Shown here piece after piece: positions 24,167 to 46,064 of a DNA stretch of 64,000 nucleotides. This DNA is from Macrostomum lignano (lineage: Eukaryota), in the NCBI GenBank assembly GCA_002269645.1, contig NIVC01002851.1:62001-126000 (forward strand), read 5' to 3'. A model generated the notes under the pieces. It made no database searches, was not told the DNA's origin, and saw only the letters and a program-made list of their open reading frames with translations. The stretch's first letter is position 1; every line of letters begins with the position of its first letter. A program made the position numbers and the translations under genes.

Positions 24167-25124
24167 CAACTGTTTTCCTAAGCTATAAAAGATGACTGCA
24201 GTAATGAGCGTATCTGACAATGGCATTTTATGCTATTTACGGCGGATCTGCTTTTATGACGCATCTGCATGCATAGGCGGGTGTATAGGGAGAGAAGCTG
24301 CTGACCATCAAGCAGCGGGCTTGGCAGTGAGGGGTGCTGGCTCAGTGCCTGCCCACGTGTGGCATCTGAGACATCTCGCGCCTGTTGCCTCAGCAGTCAT
24401 CAGCTGAGCAGCGGTACCGTAGCAAGGATGATTAAAATTCATAACCTGGTCAACGCGATGCGGGTAGTTTTCAATATTGGGGCTTCCCTGAGTAAGAGAC
24501 TGACTGATGCTGGGGGGCTGTGTGGTGGGGAACGGGGGTGTTTTTAAGGCCTACCTGTTCTGTGACATGTTTGAGCTTCAGGAAATCAGCCTTCAGTTTC
24601 TATAGAAATGAAGCACCGTAAGCAGTACTTTCAGTATTACCATGCATATTATTCATACGAGAAGTAGTCTTCTCAATAAAATTACATCTTAATGACTTGA
24701 AGAAGGCTCGCTGATTATTTTGCACTTTAGGCTCCGCTCTTGAGCTGTCCTGCTCTTGATTGAGGTGGCCGAAATCCGATTAATGGGGCCCAGCTGACCC
24801 CAAAATCCACGGTGCAGCCAGGCATGGTCAAGGGTCATCTTTTTCAGGACCAATTAATTTTGCAATGACATCGATATCGATAAAATACGCACGCCTTTCA
24901 ACCACAGACTATCGACTCCCTGAGACATGAAATTCGTCTGGATTTAAGGACAGATACTACTGATTACTACATAATTTTTAGTGTCTGTGATGAATTCTAA
25001 CAGAATGAAATAGAAAACTAAGTACGTTGATTTATCGGGCAATAAAAATGAGAGAGGAACAGCACGAAGAACAACGCTGGAATGGCCTTCGGATTCAAAG
25101 TAGTCAGCTAAATTATTTACCGGA

Positions 25125-26945
25125 TCGGGATTCGAGATCGAGATTCAAGATCCAAGATTGGGATTCGGGATTCGAGATCGAGATTCAAGATCCAAGATTG
25201 GGATTCGGGATTCGAGATCGAGATTCAAGATCCAAGATTGGGATTCGGGATTCGAGATCGAGATTCAAGATCCAAGATTGGGATTCGGGATTCGAGATCG
25301 AGATTCAAGATCCAAGATTGGGATTCGGGATTCGAGATCGAGATTCAAGATCCAAGATTGGGATTCGGGATTCGAGATCGAGATTCAAGATCCAAGATTG
25401 GGATTCGGGATTCGAGATCGAGATTCAAGATCCAAGATTGGGATTCGGGATTCGAGATCGAGATTCAAGATCCAAGATTGGGATTCAGGATTCGAGATCG
25501 AGATTCAAGATCCAAGATTGGGATTCGGGATTCGAGATCGAGATTCAAGATCCAAGATTGGGATTCGGGATTCGAGATCGAGATTCGAGATCCAAGATTG
25601 GGACTTGGGATCAGGATTCGGGATTCAAGATCCAAGATTGGGACTCGGGATCAGGATTCGGGATTCGAGATCGAGATTCAGGATCGGGATTCGGGATTCA
25701 AGATTGGGATTCGGAATTCAAGATCGGGATTCGATATTGGGATTCGGGATTCGGGATTCAAGATCGGGATTCGATATTGGGATTCGGGATTCGGGATTCA
25801 AGATCAGGATTCGATATTGGGTTTTGGGATTCAAGATCGGGATTCGATATTGGGTTTTGGGGATTCAAGATCAGGATTCGATATTGGGTTTTGGGATTCA
25901 AGATCGGGATTCGATATTGGGATTCGGGATTCAAGATCGGGATTCGATATTGGGATTCGGGATTCGGGATTCGGGATTCGAGATCGGGATTCGATATTGG
26001 GATTCGGGATTCAAGATCGGGATTCGATATTGGGATTCGGGATTCAAGATCGGGATTCGATATTGGGATTCGGGATTCAAGATCGGGATTCGATATTGGG
26101 ATTCGGGATTCGGGATTCAAGATCGGGATTCGATATTGGGATTCGGGATTCGGGATTCAAGATCGGGATTCGATATTAGGTTTCGGGATTCGATATTGGG
26201 ATTCGGGATTCGGGATTCGATATTGGGTTTCGGGATTCAAGATCGGGATTCGATATTGGGATTCGGGATTCGGGATTCAAGATCGGGATTCGATATTGGG
26301 ATTCGGGATTCAAGATCGGGATTCGATATTGGGATTCGGGATTCAAGATCGGGATTTGATATTGGGATTCGGGATTCGAGATTCAAGATCGGGATTCGAT
26401 ATTGGGATTCGGGATTCGGGATTCAAGATCGGGATTTGATATTGGGATTCGGGATTCGGGATTCAAGATCGTGATTCGATATTGGGATTCGGGATTCGGG
26501 ATTCGGGATTCGGGATTCGATATTGGGTTTCGGGATTCGATATTGGGATTCGGGATTCGGGATTCGATATTGGGTTTCGGGATTCAAGATCGGGATTCGA
26601 TATTGGGATTCGGGATTCGGGATTCAAGATCGGGATTCGATATTGGGATTCGGGATTCGGGATTCAAGATCGGGATTTGATATTGGGATTCGGGATTTAG
26701 GATTCAAGATCGGGATTCGATATTGGGTTTCGGGATTCGATATTGGGATTCGGGATTCGGGATTCGATATTGGGTTTCGGGATTCAAGATCGGGATTCGA
26801 TATTGGGATTCGGGATTCGGGATTCAAGATCGGGATTCGATATTGGGATTCGGGATTCGGGATTCAAGATCGGGATTTGATATTGGGATTCGGGATTTAG
26901 GATTCGAGATTCGGGATTATGATTCGGGATTGGGATCCGAGATCG
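25125..26945. repeat. Compound GGGATTC/GAGATTCAAGATC minisatellite (40-bp unit, then shorter variants)
   Basis: Visible array; both flanks are homologous to those of 44185-45180. Confidence 0.97.
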
Positions 26946-27311
26946 AGACTTAACCCTGAAGACCTGTTGTTTTATCACCCCAGGCCCAGTCAGTGCTCAG
27001 TCAGTGAGCCTCGTCAGCATAGTAACTTAGGTCGCACGTTAGCACTGGCTGACGGTTGCAAACAATGAAACAGCAGGCTATTGAAGCCGCTGCGATAGTC
27101 ATAGTCATGGCACGAAAGTACTAGCGATCCCGTTCCAAGAGCTCGGCTAGAAAGTGTCGCACAGGTACTGAGGTTTTCAACGCCCTAGCGGGTGAATGCC
27201 GCAGTATATTGTTTAGAAAGTAAAGGCATTGATTCCAGGGTATTTTTCTACAACGAATGTAGGTAAAATTATTTATAGGAAGAGCAACTTAAGCGAGGAT
27301 AAACCTTTGTA

Positions 27312-27410
27312 GTGCTCCTCGCACGCAGGCACGAACTCATACTGCACACGCTCACACTGGGTGTACAGCGGCCCTGACCTTCTAATCGTCAGGCACGTAC
27401 ACTCTCTGTG
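27312..27410 (-). mobile_element. Fragment of SINE family B
   Basis: CGCAGGCACGAACTCATA...GGGTGTACAGCGGCCCT...CTAATCGTCAGGCA matches 7395-7470. Confidence 0.5.
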
Positions 27411-28173
27411 CATTTAAGATTTGTCATCTACACTAAACGTTCGACCGCTCCCATATATGACCTTTAATCTTCACTGATTGAAGACCCTTTCTGTAAAGGA
27501 GCAATAAAAGGCTACTGGAAAGACGAGTGGCTCGATGTAATTTTACCTTCTCTGGGGTTCCCGTCAGACAGGTTAATTGGTGCCTTTGCACCTCTGCGTT
27601 CTGTTCGAGTCTGCTCTCTTCCTTCTCTAATTTGGAAGAACTAGCTATACTTGTTCTCTAGTGCGTTTTCAGGTTGCAAAGGTGCTGTTCAAATAAATAT
27701 GCTCTATCTCTAACTCTCATGCCAATGGTTTTTTAAATTATTGTCAAATTGATTTGAGTTCGGCGATCATGCACGAATAGTTTGCACAGCGTGCCCAGGC
27801 CGAAGAGCCTTCTGTGAATGAGTATTCTCTTGAAGCGGTAAATTCGGCTTCAGTTCAGGCGGTCTCGCACATCGGCACCTGAATCGAACGCTTTTACCTG
27901 CTTTACCACGCACTTTATATTGAAGTGACGTCGTGCAGGATTAATTTCGCTAAGGTCACTACAACAGAAGTATTATTTTTGTGAAAAGTTATTAGCCAAT
28001 ATTGTGTTAGGAGAATTCTACCGTAGGTAGCATTTTATAGGCTTACAGATAAAGAGAACTCAAAGCAGAAATGATAGTTACTAATAGCTCCAGAAATTTC
28101 AGCATTTTTGTCATTGTCAAGAGAGCCAGAGCATCGCAAACAGTGGTCGAACTGATCTATGCAAACGCAAAAT

Positions 28174-30314
<2,141 letters not shown>

Positions 30315-31759
30315 CAACTGTTTTCCTAAGCTAAAAAAGATGACTGCAGCTATCTGACAATGGCATTTTCTGAGCCGCTTTTATGCAGCATCTGCATGCA
30401 CAGGCGAGTGCATAGGGAGAGAAGCAGCTGACCCATCAAGCAGCGGGTTTGGTAGTGGGATGTTAGCTCCAGTGCCTGTCCACGTTTCGCGCGTGTGCCT
30501 CAACAGTCATAAACTGTGCAGCGATATGAGTTAGCAGGGATGATTAAAATGAATGATAAAATTCACATCCTGGCCAACACGATGCGGGTGGCTTTTCAGC
30601 CTTTTCAGGCTTCTCAGTGAGAGACTGACTGATGCTGTGGGCTGTATGGGGGGAGTGGTGCATACCTGCACATGTTTGAGCATTTGGAAATTGGCTTGAA
30701 GGAAGCTTCTAATAACTACTGGAATGAAGCACTGCAAGCGGTACTTTCAGAAGCAAACATCCGTATATTGTCAGTAAGCTTCACTGTGGTAGAAAATCCG
30801 ATTGCTTATTTAATCTACGTTTAACAGAAGAACTACCAAGAGAGGGGGGAGTTCCCCTTCCTGGTGCACCTGGAAATCGCCGGGTGATGACTAAATGCTT
30901 GAGAGACTTAGCTCAGAATGTCCGGCAGTCGAGGCTTGCTCACTGTCGAGTCTTGATCAGTGAAAGTCGCTGTCGAGTCTCGACGGTCCGGAGGGCTGGC
31001 GACTTGATTCTTGTTTGAGAAGATGCGCAACAAAAAGTCAGCCCGTGTTCTGTTCCGCACTTGGGGTTGGCCCTGTCGCTCTGTAGTGTTTGGCCCGCGC
31101 CCATGCAGAACCCGCCATGCAGTTTCTGCCAAGTCCTCTATTGGCCCGTGCCGCCTGGGCTGCTCATTGCTGTTCTGGGCAAGTGTGCAGGGCAGCCTCT
31201 TTTGAGGGAGAAGTTTTTCGGCTATAGTGGAAAGACGAGTGGCTCGATATAAATTTAGGTAGAGTTCACGTCAGACGGTTGAATGGGTGCCTTTGTACCT
31301 CTGTAGCTTCTGCGGAGAATGCTATTCATAGGAATGCCGTTCTATTGTTTGAGTCTATCTCTTCTTTCTCCAATTTGGAACTACTTGTGCGCCTTCTCTA
31401 AGGCGTTTTCGGATTGCAAAGGTGCTGTTTGAACAAATTTTCTCTATCTAGATTTCTGCCTCTCATGCCAATGGTTTTTAATATTATTGTTTAATTTGAG
31501 CTCCACGATCATACCAGAATAGTTTGCACTGTGACAACCGCGAGCCCAGCTCGAAGTGGCTTGCCCTGGCTATATAGCCAAGAGCTCTCTGTGAAAGAGC
31601 ATTCTCTCTGTCTCTGCTTGAAACAGTAAATTTTGCCTAGGGGTCTCAGTTCACGCTGTCTCGCACTGCTGCACTTAATCACGCCATTTTAACCGCGTTC
31701 CCACACACTTCTCAGGCTAGAGCTGTCGTGAGTTGTTTGAGTTGTATCTATGAGATCGA

Positions 31760-33788
<2,029 letters not shown>

Positions 33789-33834
33789 AATAGACAACTT
33801 TTGCCATCTAAATAATTTCAGCAGTCAGCAGACC

Positions 33835-38313
<4,479 letters not shown>

Positions 38314-38930
38314 TTTGAACAGCAGGCCTTCTAATACCATGTCAATCTCAACTTTTGGCAAAAGTGACTTCAATTTTGGCAAGCCCATAGACAAAGCATT
38401 AACCTTCCAGCAAAAGTGAACCTGGCAAACTGTAAACTGTAAAAGCAGGATAAAAACACAAAGCAGTCCACTGTCACAGCTTCAGTGATGCGGCCAGATG
38501 TCACTGAAGTCACTGAAAAACTATTAAGTGTGATTAATGTCACTATACTTATAGGTGAGGCAGCGTTAGTTCGTGTCGCTGCCGACGACATTCATCGGCG
38601 GTGATGGAACTGGACGCAGTGGTACGCGCGACGTTTGACATAATGTTCGCTTTTTGTCGCTAAAATTGAAGTCACTTTTAACAAAGGCGAGATTGAAATG
38701 GTATTTTTAGAAGCTTGTAAAGTCGTCAAAAAATCGGTCTATATGGCCATGGTGAATCAAGGGTGAATCATAAACTAAACTGACAAGCGCAGACATGATC
38801 AAAGCTGATTATTAGTACCAGGTACTTTAGCCCATTAACGCCCTTAAAGCATGGGTATTACTATTATTGTGCCATAGACATTTGTGTCCTTGACAAAGTG
38901 GGACAAAATAATCGGGCGTTAAATGTCATT

Positions 38931-40615
38931 GGGCCGTATGCAGAAAGCTCTGTCTAGGGTAGTCCGGTCTTGAAAAGCTAGCTAGTCTGGACCACAGATT
39001 CTATAAACTATAGATTCTATAGATTCTATTTATAGAATCTTGTGGTCTGGACTGGATTTGGTATGCAGAAACGCAAAGTATACGCGTTTTTCTCTGGAGC
39101 CTTTGAGTTTGTGTTCTCACTTTCTTAAGATAGATGTCTAGCGGTCTAAGGTTCGTACAGCTATAATTTCTCCAATCAGGCCGTCAGAGAAAACCGTATA
39201 AACTGACGGGATCTCCTAGTATCTAAGCTGAGTTTGAGTCTCCCTACGTTTCGCTCTGCGCGACAATTAAGACAAATAGTTATATCGAAGACTTGGATTC
39301 GTGCCAACTGGATAATCCAGAGACTAATTCAAATGGAGCAATTCGAGATCGCAAACAGCGCAGAAAAACGAAGCGCCGCTCCAGTTTGAGATGAGCGTCT
39401 ATTTGTACCAATTAGCATTTTTGGCCTCCCCCGCCGCCGGTGGGATGTCTTCGCGTTGTTAGCAACGGCGGGGGGTTTTGAGCAATAACAATCTGGGACA
39501 CAGTCCCCTAGTTGTACATGAATTTAGTTAGTTCTAGTAGGTTGCTAAGTGTGAGGGTTAGAGATTATTCGGGCTTTCGCAAATCTATTTGTTGAGTTGG
39601 ATAAAATTTGGGATAGAACGATTATAGAAAAAGTGCTTAGTTTTCCGTCTCTTAACTTTGTCCATGGATGATTAAACAGTCCTCTGTTTCTCTCGGTTGT
39701 CAGGCAGCTTGGGGTTGATCTCGCCTTCTTGGGCAGCTTCGGGTTGGGTTGGAATCTGTAGGTGGGCCTCACGTGTTTCTCCCTCAGGGTGCGCCAGAAG
39801 ATGCCGCGTGCCGCGTTGTTCTTTAAGTCAGGCCGCTGCTCAGAGTTTGCTTTTCCCGGCCGGTTTAGTCGCCATTGTGCCTGCGGCGGGGTGACGCTAC
39901 TGACTGGAATGGAAGGGGGCTTTATTAGATTCGGCTATTCATATTGCCTTGACAGTTGATTAGTTATCTTAAAGCTGCTTCTGTTTGCCCTTCTAATAGC
40001 TATCTAGGGGTTCCATTGTGCTCTTCTGCCTCGCCCTTCACTGCGCCTGGGCTTTTCATAAATTTCTACCTATCTTCTAACTTAGGGTTAAAACTTCAGA
40101 TTTCTAACTCTTATACAAAGTTAGACCGGTCTACTATAGTCAGAACTAGGGTAGCTGGTCCATACATGTAGATCGTAGAATGAACTACCCAAGCCCGGAC
40201 TAGCTAGTCTGGACCATAGCTGGTTCACTCGACTATATTTAGCAAAACTACTCTCTGTTCGGTAGTATGATCGTATAAAGCTATATTTATTTCTTCGACT
40301 GTCTATGGCCAAGACCAGCGCCTTTTTGAGTGGGTGCAGATTTTACTAGTGGTTTTTACGCCTGAGAATTTCGATCCACTGCCAAGCTTGGCCATAGATA
40401 AAAGAATTGAAAGCGCCAAGGTTGTGCGTGTGTGACGCGGGCAGCTAGACCATTCTCTCCAAATATTTTATGTCAAGACAAAAAATAGAGCAAATATGCG
40501 CTTATGCCACTGGACAGAGAGTAGCAAATCAAGCTGACGTATAAGGATAATGCTGAGTGAACCGTCTAGGGTATTTATTATCTGTGGTCTGGACTAAGCT
40601 TTCTGCATACGGCCC
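38931..40615. mobile_element. 1.7-kb non-autonomous DNA transposon, PIF/Harbinger-like
   Basis: Perfect 19-bp TIR GGGCCGTATGCAGAAAGCT; 3-bp TSD ATT (38928-30 and 40616-18); subterminal GGACCACAGAT-type repeats; no transposase ORF. Confidence 0.75.
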
Positions 40616-43069
40616 ATTAACTGCCCGCTAATTTGCATTAAAGTATAAGTTTAACATAGACAATTTATTCGATATTTTTTTCCTGCAAGCGGGCTTAAAT
40701 GTAGTCTATGGCATTAAAAGGCAAGAATAAGTGCCCAGCGGGTACAAAGGTTATGGTACAATGAGAAATCCTCGGGCGCCTAACGGCGCCCTCTGATTTT
40801 CCCATTAACGCCCTTAAAGCATGGGTATTAATGCTTTTTAATGACGTTTCACATGCTTCTAAATTATGCTCGTAGAATCAACCCGCTGTTCAGAGTAGAC
40901 TGCAAAAATGCTATAGAACAACTAGACTTAGCTATAGTTAGTGCATTCTTGTTTCTTCATGTAGCTCTCGAAAGCTGCAGATACAAAGTGCAGGTATATA
41001 GAAATTGCTATCGTAATTTCCGTGTAATCTCCAGACGACTGTCCATCGGACAGGGGCAACAAACCAACTATGGGACCAACCAGCTCAGCCAATGATCTCA
41101 GCGGCGGCCAAGGCAAATTCGCATTAATTCTGGTCGTTGGATTAGTCAAGATATTTCTGCATGCTTTAGCTACTTAGCACGGTTATGGTGACTGCAGAGG
41201 TCGTGGCTATTTCCGTTTGGATATAGAGAAATGCACAATTTATGAGTTGAGTAGAAGCTGCTATATGATTTGCAAACAAAAAATTAACATATAATGATTT
41301 GTTGTAAACGGTTTAAAATAATGTTGTGTAGCAAGCTATTTCCCCCCTTTTATATATATTAATTTTGTTTCCGCTAAGTGTTAAGTTATACGTGTAATTT
41401 ACATAAAAAATCTTTGAAAAATCGCTCAAATCGAAAAATCATTCAAAAGTTTTGGATGAATGATTATATCCCTCCGATGTATGGAGATTAGCTATTTTTA
41501 TTGCTTGTTTCACTATACAGACCCACTAATTAATATGGCACACTGTAACATGATAGTTTTTATATACGAGCTTTTTGTTTATTAATCCAGTTTTATTTAT
41601 TCTTTCAGTTTAATTAATATGGCATAAAACGTTTTTGAAAACATATTTATATAACACCTACATAAAAATAGATTATGCTATTTAAATGATTAAATATTAT
41701 ATTTTCTTAAAATTTTAGGTATTCATTACCAGAAAAAAATTAAGTTTGCCTTACTCTCACAAAAAGTTATAATTAGCTAGTGAGAGAGGCGTCTATTTTT
41801 AATCCCCGCCAAAACCCTAAGGATACGAAATTTTGTTTGAATGCGCCCCATCCCCCACCCCGGCCAGTTTACTATGAATATAAGCCGTTTTTGCGCCCAA
41901 AGAGGCAACCAAATCTTGGTTCACATTCACCTTTCTGATAAAGAAACTGAATAAGCGGAATTTGCTTTAAGTCTTTCCTTATTTGCCAGGAACTAAGAGC
42001 GAATGCTCATTGGACAGGTAGAAAATTCCAAGAGCATAAGACGACTAGTCTAAAAGCCAATAGCGTGATAGCAAAAAGACAAGGCGTAGGTTGCCAAAAG
42101 CAGAGGGAGACATCCCCTTGAACAGAATCCTTCGAATTGAAACAACCAATGGGAAGTCGTATTTGACACAAGCCAATCCGAAAGAGAAATTCACCGGTCA
42201 GCCTCGATCCATTGGAGGGCGCCACTTTAGGACTGAGTCACCCCCAGTCAGCCACACAGTGTCTTGCCGCTCGGGCGCTGTACGCTACCAGGGCATCCGT
42301 ACTCACGCGAGAGCCCAACCCTTCCTCAGTAATTTCATAACTATAGTAGTATCAACTGTTTAATATTAAAACCCCCTACAACAACTTTGGTGTCAGCGAT
42401 TAGGATAAAAGCTTATAACTCTATTAGACCTACAACAACTTGGTGGCACCTGTAGGATTCCCAATATATAACTTTAATAGCCCTACAACACTAGCTATTT
42501 AAGTTTTATAACATGATGTACCCGAATCTGTTCTGATTAACTTATTGTATCCAGACTTCTAGAAAGTTCTGTGTAACAACAATTTCTACTAGACAATATT
42601 TAAACGTATATTGCACAATTTAACCTCCTATATAACCTCCTATACTTCCAGAAAATTCCCGAACTCTAGAATTTTTTATGAAATTACAAAATCTATAAAT
42701 AGAAAGCACCCGGCACTGTATTTACTCAAGCCTATAACAATTTTACTTTTCCATACGGAATTCTATTCAACAAAAAGACAAAAAGAATCACCACGCCTTC
42801 ACGCCTCATTCATTTACAATTCAATCGCTACAAACTAATTTGAAAAAGGCGTTTTATAGTACTGAAAAAAACTCATGTTGCTTTTATGCGTGAATATTTT
42901 TGTTCAACTACATTTATATGTTTACGCTTTATTTTCACATGTAGCTATTTGTGTTGTTCTGCCCTCAAGCAGGGGTGAATTGCATTTTTAGATGCAATTT
43001 TAGATGCAAGTAAACTACTAATTGTAATTTCTATCTATGTTCATCTATGTTCATGCAAGCATTCTGTAC

Positions 43070-43107
43070 ACAGACAGACAGACAGATAGACAGACAGACA
43101 GACAGAC

Positions 43108-43155
<48 letters not shown>

Positions 43156-43192
43156 TGACTGATAGACACCACGACAGACTGATAGACACCAC

Positions 43193-43248
<56 letters not shown>
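43070..43248. repeat. (GACA)n microsatellite
   Basis: Visible. Confidence 0.95.
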
Positions 43249-44184
43249 TTCCAGTGTATGTGTGTTTACGTGGACTGTATATTTGACAATGCCTTAGGTG
43301 GACCACCTAATTTCTTAATAAAAGTAGTCTATATGATGAATGCGATGCGCTGATCACAGAATGGTGCCACTCAATGCTTGAAACAGCTCCAATTCTTGGG
43401 AAATAGACTGTGTGTAGAGTGTGTTTACGTGGACTGGTCATTTAGTGGACCATTGTAAGGAGGTTTACATGGACATCCGAGTCAAAAGTATAAATGGAAA
43501 GTTAGGCCCTTCAAAGTTAGGAAATAAAGGAAGGAAGGAAGTAAGGCAAAAAGTCTGCACAAGCACTAAGTCGAGCCCAGGCTGCTACTTAATCTGTTCT
43601 AGTATGCTTTATTATCGCGAAGGCGCAATTTTGTTAGTTTCTGCGAGCATTTATCTAATTCTTTCTGTATCTATACGGAGAACAAAAGACTTCTAGTTTA
43701 TACAGATTTTCCCAACAATGTAAACTTAGTTTTGATAAGCACTATTGGAAATTCACATTACTAAAAAGATTTTTTGTAAACTTAAAGATATTTAATTAAT
43801 TATATTTAACTGCTAAACTACAGAGCAGATTATTCAAAATACAATTAACTGATTAGCAGATGGCAATGATGTAAATGAGATAACTGCGGATTAATTTCTT
43901 TTAGGGGTAGCTATTTTATGCCTACATTTATGCAGGATTATTGAACTATTAATTTCTCTATTAAGCTATTCCAGTATTTCCAAACAATTAATACTTAGTA
44001 CTATTATTTCAATGTTGCATAGCAAAATATCTTATGGGATTGCTAGAAAAAAGGAAAATAAAAATGAGAGAGGAACAGCACGATGAGCAACGATGGAGTG
44101 TCCTTGGATTCAAAGTAGTCAGCTAAGTTATTTAAATTATTTAGGCCAGGTGCTTGAATTCTCACTCGCCTGTTATCCGGATCA

Positions 44185-45180
44185 TGATTCGGGATTAGTA
44201 GAGATCGGGACTCGAGATTCAAGATCTGGATTCGGGATTAGTAGAGATCGGGACTCGAGATTCAAGATCTGGATTCGGGATTAGTAGAGATCGGGACTCG
44301 AGATTCAAGATCTGGATTCGGGATTAGTAGAGATCGGGACTCGAGATTCAAGATCTGGATTCGGGATTAGTAGAGATCGGGACTCGAGATTCAAGATCTG
44401 GATTCGGGATTAGTAGAGATCGGGACTCGAGATTCAAGATCTGGATTCGGGATTAGTAGAGATCGGGACTCGAGATTCAAGATCTGGATTCGGGATTAGT
44501 AGAGATCGGGACTCGAGATTCAAGATCTGGATTCGGGATTAGTAGAGATCGGGACTCGAGATTCAAGATCTGGATTCGGGATTAGTAGAGATCGGGACTC
44601 GAGATTCAAGATCTGGATTCGGGATTAGTAGAGATCGGGACTCGAGATTCAAGATCTGGATTCGGGATTAGTAGAGATCGGGACTCGAGATTCAAGATCT
44701 GGATTCGGGATTAGTAGAGATCGGGACTCGAGATTCAAGATCTGGATTCGGGATTAGTAGAGATCGGGACTCGAGATTCAAGATCTGGATTCGGGATTAG
44801 TAGAGATCGGGATTCGAGATTCAAGCTTGGGATTCGGGATTCAAGCTCGGGATTCAAGCTCATTATTCGGGATTCAAGCTCGGGATTCGGGATTCAAGCT
44901 CGGGATTCGGGATTCAAGCTCGGGATTCGGGATTCAAGCTCGGGATTCGGGATTCAAGCTCGGGATTCGGGATTCAAGCTCGGGATTCGGGATTTAAGCT
45001 CGGGATTCGGGATTCAAGCTCGGGATTCGGGATTCAAGCTCGGGATTCGGGATTCAAGGTCGGGATTCGGGATTCAAAATCGGGATTCGGTATTTAAAAT
45101 CGGGATTCTGGATTCAGGATTCAAGGTCGGGATTCGGGATTCGGGATTCAAGATCAGGATTCGGGATTCGAGATCCAGAC
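44185..45180. repeat. 43-bp minisatellite GGGATTAGTAGAGATCGGGACTCGAGATTCAAGATCTGGATTC followed by ~20-bp GGGATTC variants
   Basis: About 14 units of the 43-mer; flanks homologous to 25030-25120 and 26945-26970. Confidence 0.97.
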
Positions 45181-45763
45181 TATTTAACCTTGAAGACCGC
45201 GTCTCTTTGTCACCTTGGGAGTCGGAAGCCGAGTTCCCTGGCTGCTCCTGCAGCCTATTTGGTTGAGCTCCAGCCTGATTCGATCGTTAACATCAAGCAG
45301 AGAATTCTAGCTCTATTCTACAGTATTAATCCCTAATCAGTGATTCTATTATCGAGGCATTATTCTATCCATCAAAAAAGAGATGCAAATGTACTATAAA
45401 ACTTAATTAATATGCATCTTCAAGGACAACAAGGACTTATATAAAAAAATATAGCAGTATTATTTTTTCTGAAAACTTACTCGCCAATTTGTGTTAGGAG
45501 AGTTCTAGTGTACATATTAACTTTGTATAGGCTTACAGTAAAGAGAATTCAAAGCAAAAACGATAGTTACTGATAGCTCAAGATTTAAGCGTATTTAGTC
45601 TTTATCCAGAAATCCAGAACCTCGCTGAGAGTTGTCAAACCCTTTAAAGCAAACCCAAAGTTAATCTTTATTGACAAGACAAAAAATTAAAAGATTTTTT
45701 AGCCACGAGCATAAAACTCTCCATCGACGGTGCTCAGAGCCTGCGGCACCAGAGCGAACTTCA

Positions 45764-46064
45764 ACAACACAACAGAGTACGCTGCCAGTTCACAAAAGCA
45801 GCGTCAGATGGCGCGCTTCAAAGCTTGGGCGCGAACAAAAGCCGCACCGCCGGCAGAGTCCGGGGCGCCGGCGTCAGCCAGCAGACAGTCGACGTAGCGC
45901 CGAGTCTTCGCCTGTCCCCGCCGGTAGGGTGCCTGCAACGTAAGTAGCAGCACCTCCTGCACCGGCTCCGGACAGTAGGCCTCGGCGCGGATGACGTGGC
46001 CTGCCAGCTGGAGTCGCCGACGGCGCAGCAGATCGCTAGGACGGGCCAGGCCGGCGCGATGATA
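45764..46064 (-). mobile_element. 5'-truncated non-LTR retrotransposon (RTE-like) 3' end, 301 bp
   Basis: 8-bp TSD GAACTTCA (45756-63 and 46065-72); absent at the homologous sites of paralogues 1 and 2; encodes DLLRRRRLQLAGHVIR...RRGQAKTRRYVDCLLAD, like the post-RT tail of RTE LINEs; TGTTG-type tail. Confidence 0.85.

Noticed and set aside
25027-26980. GFGIRD-repeat ORFs up to 470 aa
   Set aside because: Open in several frames at once, which is typical of satellite DNA; the paralogous locus has a different unit
39545-42363. Short ORFs inside the Harbinger-like element and in the 41-42 kb AT-rich region
   Set aside because: No recognisable motifs, codon bias or splice context
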